The notes below the pieces were generated by a model. That model saw nothing but the letters and a program-made list of their open reading frames with translations. It made no database searches and was not told the origin of the DNA. Both the position numbers and the translations under genes were made by a program. Below are positions 54,715-61,348 of a stretch of DNA of 64,000 nucleotides, in pieces. Location of the stretch: contig CALSBJ010000031.1 in assembly GCA_943373155.1 (NCBI GenBank), forward strand, positions 3 through 64,002, given 5' to 3'. Position 1 is the stretch's first letter. Every line of letters begins with the position of its first letter. The stretch is from Akkermansia muciniphila. Lineage in GTDB: Bacteria; Verrucomicrobiota; Verrucomicrobiia; Verrucomicrobiales; Verrucomicrobiaceae.

Positions 54715-55827
54715 TTAGGACTCGAAGTATTTCCTCATGAGGATCTTGTCTTCGGCGCGGGACTCGCACTCCTCACGGCTGATGTGGCCTTCGGAGTAAA
54801 GATTGCGCAGGGAATCGTCCATCGTGATCATGCCGACGTTTTTTCCTGTCTGCATGACGCCAGCGAGCATGAAGGTCTTGCCTTCACGGATGCAGTTCGC
54901 CACGGCGGGGGTGTTCACGAGCACTTCGAGGGCCATGACACGGCCGTTGCCGTCCAGTTTGGGCACGAGCTGCTGGGAGAGGATGCCACGGAGGGATTCG
55001 CTCACCATGATGCGGATCTGCTCACGCTGATCGAGGGGGAACACGTCGAGCACGCGGTCAAGCGTTCGGGCGGAACTGCCGGTGTGGAGGGTGCCAAGCA
55101 CCAAGTGACCCGTTTCCGCGGCGGTGATGGCGAGCGAGATGGTTTCGAGATCTCGCATTTCACCCACCATGATCACATCCGGATCTTCACGGAGAGCTCC
55201 GCGGAGGGCGGCGGCAAAGGATTGCGTGTGGGTGTGGACTTCACGCTGATTCACATGGCAGCCTTTGGGCGGGATGACGAATTCGATCGGGTCTTCCAGC
55301 GTGATGATGTGGTCCTGGCGCTCTTCATTGATGGCATCGACGAGGGCGGCGAGGGTGGTGGACTTCCCACAACCGACGGGGCCGGTGACGAGGATGAGGC
55401 CGTTGTGGAAGCGGGTGAGCGTGCGGACGGTTTCTGGAAGGCCGAGCTCGTCCACGGAGCTAACCTTCGTTTTAATGACGCGGAAGACCATGTCGATGCC
55501 GAGGCGCTGACGCACCACCGAGGCGCGGAAGCGGCCGTAACCGGGCGAGTAGGCGAAATCGGCATCGCCGCGCTCTTCGATGAGTTTTTTCTGTGCCTCG
55601 CCCATGAAAGCGTAGGCAAGCCGGTGTGTCTCCTCGGCGGTGAGCACAGCGGCGTTGTTCCAGATGGGCTGGAGATTGCCGTAGCGCCTCCAGATGGGCT
55701 GGGAACCGGTGGCGAGGTGCAAATCGGACGCGTCATACTGCATGCAGAACTGCAGATATTCGTCCACGGAGCCGAGCGTCGGGATGGTGTCGGCAGGGGC
55801 TTGTTGAGGGTCGGTAGTCTCGGACAT
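54715..55827 (-). CDS. PilT/PilU-family ATPase (second paralog)
   Basis: ASDLHLATGSQPIWRRYG, Walker A GPVGCGKSTT, ITLEDPIEF, IMVGEMRDLETI, LGTLHTGSS. Confidence 0.88.
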   Translation of the reverse strand: MSETTDPQQAPADTIPTLGSVDEYLQFCMQYDASDLHLATGSQPIWRRYGNLQPIWNNAAVLTAEETHRLAYAFMGEAQKKLIEERGDADFAYSPGYGRFRASVVRQRLGIDMVFRVIKTKVSSVDELGLPETVRTLTRFHNGLILVTGPVGCGKSTTLAALVDAINEERQDHIITLEDPIEFVIPPKGCHVNQREVHTHTQSFAAALRGALREDPDVIMVGEMRDLETISLAITAAETGHLVLGTLHTGSSARTLDRVLDVFPLDQREQIRIMVSESLRGILSQQLVPKLDGNGRVMALEVLVNTPAVANCIREGKTFMLAGVMQTGKNVGMITMDDSLRNLYSEGHISREECESRAEDKILMRKYFES

Positions 55828-55844
55828 GAATTAATGGTGATTTT

Positions 55845-56276
55845 CTAGCGGATCGGCGGCTGGCTGTCATCAGCCGTCTTTGCGGCCTTGGCTTGCAGCC
55901 AGTTTTGGACGAACTGCATGCCGTAGTTGGTGACGGCTTTGCGCCCCATGCTGATGAGCGGGCCGGCGAAGAGGCCTAGCAGGCCACTGGAAAGGCCACG
56001 TGACGGCTGTGGGCGCTCGATTTCGAGGTTATCGTCTTCGTCCGCATCGCGGGAGGAGCCGGAAGGCATGAGGAGCTTGATCGCGGCGAGGCCGGCCACC
56101 ACGCCGCCGGCGATCCAAATGTAGCGGTAACGTTCAAAGCTCCGCGCCATGACGGCTCGTGGGCTCCATTCTTCGGCCACGAGGCCGGTCTCGCGGGCCA
56201 GCTCATGGCGGGCCAGCTCGAGATCGCGGAGAGCCTGCTGCTTCGGCGTCAGTCGTTGGAGGTGCTGGCTAGCCAT
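55845..56276 (-). CDS. Small membrane protein, third gene of a yqjD/yqjE-like operon (YqjK-like position)
   Basis: 143 aa. N-terminal coiled/charged region, then TM YIWIAGGVVAGLAAIKLLM. Overlaps the upstream gene by 28 nt. Confidence 0.55.
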   Translation of the reverse strand: MASQHLQRLTPKQQALRDLELARHELARETGLVAEEWSPRAVMARSFERYRYIWIAGGVVAGLAAIKLLMPSGSSRDADEDDNLEIERPQPSRGLSSGLLGLFAGPLISMGRKAVTNYGMQFVQNWLQAKAAKTADDSQPPIR

Positions 56277-56659
56277 TCGCGGTCGCGGCGGAATTGATTG
56301 AAAGTTTCCTCAAACAAGCGCAGCCGTTTCAGCCGGGCTTTGAGGCAGAGGAGGAGGATAAATCCGATGAAAAGATGCGCTCCAGCTCCGCACAGGGCGA
56401 CTTTGGCCCAATGCCATCCGCTGCGTTCCGCGATCATCCAGATGAGCGCGGGCGTGGCGAGCATCCAGCCGATGACGAGGCTGGCGAGGGTGAGCACGAC
56501 GTGCCCGGTGAGGGAGGAGGCCTTCACGCTAGCTTCCTGACCTTCGATTTGCAGCAATCGACCACGGGCCTCGACATACAAGGCCACGGCACGCAGCAGC
56601 CCCGCGACACGGGAAGAATGCCCGGCGGAGGCCGTGGGAGCAGTAGGGCCGTTTTCCAT
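56249..56659 (-). CDS. Phage-holin-family/YqjE-like inner-membrane protein
   Basis: LLRAVALYVEARGRLLQIEGQEA followed by two TM helices (VVLTLASLVIGWMLATPALIWMI; ALCGAGAHLFIGFILLLCL). This is the YqjE/DUF1469-type layout, from memory. Confidence 0.6.
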   Translation of the reverse strand: MENGPTAPTASAGHSSRVAGLLRAVALYVEARGRLLQIEGQEASVKASSLTGHVVLTLASLVIGWMLATPALIWMIAERSGWHWAKVALCGAGAHLFIGFILLLCLKARLKRLRLFEETFNQFRRDREWLASTSND

Positions 56660-56689
56660 GATGTTGCTGGCCTAGTGGAGGGGCACCGA

Positions 56690-57064
56690 TCAGCGGCGCA
56701 TGAGCAGTCCGAGCACGAAACCGATGCCGAAGGCGGTGGCGAGAGCCTGCACGGGCTTCTCACGGGCAAATTTTTCGGCTTCCACCCGCAGATCGGCGCA
56801 GCGGGCACGGGCCTCGTGAAGCGTATCATCGGCATACTGGCGGAATTCGTCGGCCTTCTCTTTAATGTCCGTGGCAGCGGTGGAGGCGGAGTCACGCCAC
56901 TGCTGGGCACGCTGCTCGGCCACGTTGCGGAGTTCGGAGGCTTTTTGGGCGGCGGCGCTGCGCAGTTCCTCGGCGGCTTTCAGGGCGCTGGCCTTCGCGG
57001 CCTGGAAAGGATCGAGCGGTGTGGCGGCTCCGAAGGGGGAATCAGCGGTGGGATTGTCAGACAT
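56690..57064 (-). CDS. DUF883 family (ElaB/YqjD-like) membrane-anchored protein
   Basis: Long helical A/E/R-rich region ending in the family-typical C-terminal anchor PVQALATAFGIGFVLGLLMRR. Confidence 0.75.
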   Translation of the reverse strand: MSDNPTADSPFGAATPLDPFQAAKASALKAAEELRSAAAQKASELRNVAEQRAQQWRDSASTAATDIKEKADEFRQYADDTLHEARARCADLRVEAEKFAREKPVQALATAFGIGFVLGLLMRR

Positions 57065-57379
57065 GGCGTGAAAATGGGTTTGTCGTTACTGGCGCTGTTT
57101 AGAACATCCGCTCCACCTTGGCGAGAGGAAAGTAGGCGCTGCCTCAGCCGGGACTGACTCACCAGAATCAGGAGCAATCAAGGGTTTCGACATCGAATGA
57201 CCATTTTGGAAGCTTGCCAGCCTCCACGAGGCATTCATTTTCAACGCGAATAAAATCCAAATGGGAGCCGAATGACCGCGAATCTGGCTTCTTGCCCTAT
57301 TCGTGGTCATTTGGTTCCTATTCCGCCTGCATTCGCGTTTAAAAAATAATCCCGCACGCTCATTTCATGCGCATGCCGC

Positions 57380-58633
57380 TCACCCCGGCCCTTGCTCGCG
57401 TTCTTTCCAGCGGCGCTCGTGGCGGTTCATCTTGCGGAAGAATTCCTCCTCCTCCTGCGGCGTGGCATTGGGATCGAGAGGCATGCGCAGGCGGATTTCC
57501 AGGCCGCGTGGATCGAGCATGCGTGCCTCCGCCGTGCCGCCGTGGAGGTGCATCGTCACATAAATGGCCATCATGTTCACGCCGAAATCATCCGGGCGGC
57601 GGCTGCGGGTGAAAAACGGGTCAAACAGGTTCGCGGTGCGGTCGTGGGCGTGCCACAGGCCCGTATCGCGAAGGCAGATGACGAGGTGGGAGCGGCCAGC
57701 GGCATCGAGTTCGGTGGTGGCGCTGATTTGAATGCTATCTCCGTCTGCCAGGTGGGTGATCTCCTCGACGAAAAGCAGGCGCCACATCTGCCGGAAGCGG
57801 CCACCATGCACCATGAGCGGCGGGAGATTCGGATCGAGCTCCACATCGACGTGCAGGTTCTTCTCCACAAGTTGCTGGCCGAAGACATTGACCATCTCGC
57901 CAAGGATGCCCTGGAGCGTGCACTCATCCGCCCGCATCAGCCTTTTCGCCTGCGAGGCATCCGCCAAGCGGGAAAGGAGCGTCTGGATGCGGTCGATCTG
58001 CGTGGCCGCCTGGCTTTGAATGTCGAGCCAGAAGCCGCCATCACGCGGCGGGGCACCATTCAGTTCCTCGATGATCTTCAGCGGGGCGAGGTCGATGAAG
58101 GCCCTCACCACGGTCAAAGCATTGCGCAGATGATGATTTAAACCTTCCGCCATGATGCCCAGGCCGGAGACGCGATCCGCCGCCAGCATGTGACGCACGG
58201 TGTCCGCCTTCTCCGCCAGCAGGCGCTCGCGTTCGACGAGCACCTGGTAGTAGTCGAGGGCATGCTTGATGGTATGCGAGAGCTCCTCCGGGTCCCAGGG
58301 CTTGTGCAGGTAGCGGAAAACGCGGCCATCATTCACCGCATCCACGGCCGCCTGGTAGTCCGTGTAGGCCGTCACGAGGATGCGCACGGCATTGGGTGAG
58401 AGCTTGCGGGCCTGCTCCAGCAGCTCCACGCCGCTGGCACCCGGCATACGCTGGTCCGTCAGGATGAGGCCGATCTGCTGGCCGTAGGCTTCGAGGATCT
58501 TATAACCGTCGAGGGCGTTGTTGGCGATGTGGATGACATAATCGTCGCCAAAAATCTCTCGAAAGTAGTGCAGCGCCTTCTCCTCGTCATCGACGTAGAG
58601 GATGTGATAGGGCGAAAGGCGCGGGGCGGACAT
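57380..58633 (-). CDS. Response-regulator receiver fused to a histidine-kinase-like core with degenerate ATP-binding boxes
   Basis: REC: ILYVDDEEKALHYF...ILTDQRMPGASGVELL...YLHKPWDPEEL. H-box-like AEGLNHHLRNALTVV. The G1 region reads DTGLW and no GxGxG G2 box was recognised. Start re-picked at MSAPRLSPYH (58633). Confidence 0.75.
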   Translation of the reverse strand: MSAPRLSPYHILYVDDEEKALHYFREIFGDDYVIHIANNALDGYKILEAYGQQIGLILTDQRMPGASGVELLEQARKLSPNAVRILVTAYTDYQAAVDAVNDGRVFRYLHKPWDPEELSHTIKHALDYYQVLVERERLLAEKADTVRHMLAADRVSGLGIMAEGLNHHLRNALTVVRAFIDLAPLKIIEELNGAPPRDGGFWLDIQSQAATQIDRIQTLLSRLADASQAKRLMRADECTLQGILGEMVNVFGQQLVEKNLHVDVELDPNLPPLMVHGGRFRQMWRLLFVEEITHLADGDSIQISATTELDAAGRSHLVICLRDTGLWHAHDRTANLFDPFFTRSRRPDDFGVNMMAIYVTMHLHGGTAEARMLDPRGLEIRLRMPLDPNATPQEEEEFFRKMNRHERRWKEREQGPG

Positions 58634-58843
58634 GCAGCCCGCACCCAAGCCGCGCCCGCCGGATGCGGCAACCACTTTGCTACTTCCAAAAGCGGAGACG
58701 CTAGGAATTAGGTAATTGTCGGAGGCAAAAGAGATTTTTGCTGGTGGTTTTTGAGCGTCTTTGGTATTCCACACAATAATTGAGCAATAAATAGCCAGTA
58801 ATGGTGAGCCATTGCGAAAGAGTTTCGAGCCTTCCGATTCACC

Positions 58844-61285
58844 ATGAACACGAATTCGAACTCAACTGTTTCTAGGCCAAATGGCCGTACGGATAACACT
58901 CTCCGCCGACTCCGCCGCTTGCGATGGCCTCTATGGATTCAGGTGGCAGCCGTCTTTTTCTGGACACTCGGCGTTCCCGCCACCCGAGCCGCCTATGTAC
59001 CTGACGCGACCGGTCAGCCTGCCTGGGATGGCAATGGCGATGAACCCACCGACGGACCAGACCTCGGAAATAGCGATTACGACCTGCTTCCCAACTGGTA
59101 TGAAGACTACCTCGGCACGGATAGATACAATCCCGACACCGACGGCGATGGTATCACCGATTCAGACGAGGTGCTCATCCTCGGCACGAATCCTCTCATG
59201 GCGGATACCAATGACAATGGCTGGGATGATCTGGCTGATGCCACGGGAGACAGTGACGCGGATGCTGATCCTGATAATGACGGGGTTTCCAACTCCATCG
59301 AGACCAATCATTCTACCAATCCACAGGTCGCCGACACGGATGGTGACGGCCTGAATGACGGTCTGGAGATCAATAGTGGTGGCACATATAGCCCGCTAAA
59401 CGCTGATACCGATGGTGATGGCGTGGGCGACTACGATCAATACTATGGCATCACGCCCTCCACGGACAGTGGCACGAGCGATCCGGCAGATGATGCCAGC
59501 AACACAGCAGACGCCTCGACGGACACCGACCCAGAGCAGATCGACTCAGATAGTGATGGCCTTCCAGATGTACTTGAGCAGCAACTTCAGCAGTCAGGAG
59601 AGTTCTCTAGTTCCTACTTGGACTATGATAGTGACGATGACGGTCTGCATGATGGACTCGAATTCCAACTAGGCACTAATCCTGATGCGAGTGATACAGA
59701 CGGCGACGAGCTCGATGATGCGACCGAGGTCGCCATTGGCAGCCGGCCGCTGGTGATCGATTCAGACGGCGATGAGTTGCTTGATGGTTACGAGTTTTAC
59801 CAATTCGGCAGCAGCCCCACCGATCCTGACAGTGATGATGACGGGCTCAGCGACTACCAAGAATCATCCGCTGGCACCTCGCCCAATGACACGGACTCGG
59901 ACGATGACGGACTCAGCGATTACGACGAGGTGGCCAATGCCAGTTCCACTAGCCCACTGGATGCCGACACGGATGACGATGGCGTGAGTGACTACGAGGA
60001 AACCTTCGGACAGTCTGAGCCTGAGCCCCCGGCGGATTCGGATGGAGACGGACTGAATGATGACCAGGAGTCACTGTATGGCACGGATGCATCCGACACG
60101 GACACGGATGACGACGGTCTGAGTGACGGATTTGAGGTCTCTTGGGGTAGCAATCCCACCACCTCGGATACCGATGGTGACGGCCTCACCGATGATGTGG
60201 AATACCAACTGTCGTTGGAGCCGGCGGATGCGGACAGTGATGACGACCAGATTTCCGACGGGGCCGAGCTCACCAGTGAGGAGCCAACAGACGCCTCCGA
60301 CCCCGATACGGACGGGGATGGTCTGCCTGATTGGGCGGAAATTTCCATCTACGGGACCGACCCGAATCACACGGATACGGATGGTGATCACCTCACGGAT
60401 TTTGAGGAAGTGAACGCAGCAGACCTGTTCTCCGGCCTTTCCATCACGCTGAATCCTCTCGCTGCCGACTCCGACGGGGATGGCCTGCCCGATTACATCG
60501 CTGTCTCCAGTTACCTCACCGATAGCGATGGCGGCGGCATCCCGGATCGCATTGAGGCCCTTTACCAGCTCGATACAACAAACATGGCAGATGACACCGG
60601 TGATCTGGACGGCGATGGCACGAACAATCTGGATGAATACAATGCCGGACAGGCACTTAACGGCGATTTCGTCTCGACCTACGATAGCGATGCCGATGGC
60701 ATGAGTGATGTCTGGGAGATGTCTTGGGGATTTGATCCCAATAACCGCAATGACGCAGCAGGTGACTCCGATTCTGACTGGATGACCAATTTGGAAGAAT
60801 TCAGAGCAGGTTCTAATCCAGTCATGTCTGATTCCGGCATCTACAATCCTACCCCTGCGGGATACTATCTCAATTCGGGTAGTGATGACTGGGACCAGGA
60901 TGGCCTCTCGAATCTCGATGAGATGCTTGTGACTCACACGGATCCTCGCGTTCCCAATTCTACCACCACGGACACGACCACCACCACCACCACGGACACG
61001 TCGACGAATACAGATACGACGACGACTACCACGGACACAACGACGACGACGAATACGGATACGACGACCAACACGGATACGACGACGACCACCACGGATA
61101 CGACGACGACGAATACGGATACGACGGCCACAGGCATTACAGGTTCCATGTATTCATGCACCTGCGGTGGAAACCACGCGTCAGCTGCTGATTGCGGACA
61201 GAACTCGAACACGACAAACAACAACACGACAAACAACCAAAGTGGAGACGAAGACGGCTCCACTTGTCCTGCCGATGGCAGTTGA
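58844..61285 (+). CDS. Secreted acidic protein with about 24 thrombospondin type-3-like calcium-binding repeats and a Thr-rich tail
   Basis: N-terminal signal-like [20 protein letters not shown]. Repeated DxDxDGxxDxxE units ([48 protein letters not shown] and others). C-terminal [21 protein letters not shown], then a Cys-containing end SMYSCTCGG...DCGQ...STCPADGS. Confidence 0.88.
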   Translation: MNTNSNSTVSRPNGRTDNTLRRLRRLRWPLWIQVAAVFFWTLGVPATRAAYVPDATGQPAWDGNGDEPTDGPDLGNSDYDLLPNWYEDYLGTDRYNPDTDGDGITDSDEVLILGTNPLMADTNDNGWDDLADATGDSDADADPDNDGVSNSIETNHSTNPQVADTDGDGLNDGLEINSGGTYSPLNADTDGDGVGDYDQYYGITPSTDSGTSDPADDASNTADASTDTDPEQIDSDSDGLPDVLEQQLQQSGEFSSSYLDYDSDDDGLHDGLEFQLGTNPDASDTDGDELDDATEVAIGSRPLVIDSDGDELLDGYEFYQFGSSPTDPDSDDDGLSDYQESSAGTSPNDTDSDDDGLSDYDEVANASSTSPLDADTDDDGVSDYEETFGQSEPEPPADSDGDGLNDDQESLYGTDASDTDTDDDGLSDGFEVSWGSNPTTSDTDGDGLTDDVEYQLSLEPADADSDDDQISDGAELTSEEPTDASDPDTDGDGLPDWAEISIYGTDPNHTDTDGDHLTDFEEVNAADLFSGLSITLNPLAADSDGDGLPDYIAVSSYLTDSDGGGIPDRIEALYQLDTTNMADDTGDLDGDGTNNLDEYNAGQALNGDFVSTYDSDADGMSDVWEMSWGFDPNNRNDAAGDSDSDWMTNLEEFRAGSNPVMSDSGIYNPTPAGYYLNSGSDDWDQDGLSNLDEMLVTHTDPRVPNSTTTDTTTTTTTDTSTNTDTTTTTTDTTTTTNTDTTTNTDTTTTTTDTTTTNTDTTATGITGSMYSCTCGGNHASAADCGQNSNTTNNNTTNNQSGDEDGSTCPADGS
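60958..61131 (+). repeat. Imperfect tandem ACG/GAC-rich microsatellite-like tract encoding poly-Thr/Asp
   Basis: Read directly: reiterated acggatacgacgacgac / gaatacggatacgacgac units inside the TSP3-repeat gene. Confidence 0.8.
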
Positions 61286-61348
61286 TGTGCCGCTTTGTTT
61301 TCCCTCGTCACTTCGCTCCGATTTCCAACACTTCCTTTTCCGCACGCC

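Noticed and set aside
53833-55848. 671-aa plus-strand ORF across both pilT genes
   Set aside because: It is antisense to two ATPases with intact Walker A, Asp and His boxes. The translated sequence is Gly/Asp/Glu/Ala-rich without domains.
57086-57310. 74-aa minus-strand ORF in the 315-bp gap upstream of the DUF883 gene
   Set aside because: No motif, a weak start context, and a location in an AT-richer region better explained as a promoter. Kept as non-coding.
60958-61131. Repetitive tract considered as a possible CRISPR-like or minisatellite non-coding array
   Set aside because: It lies in frame inside a long ORF, has no spacer/repeat alternation of CRISPR dimensions, and no cas genes are present.
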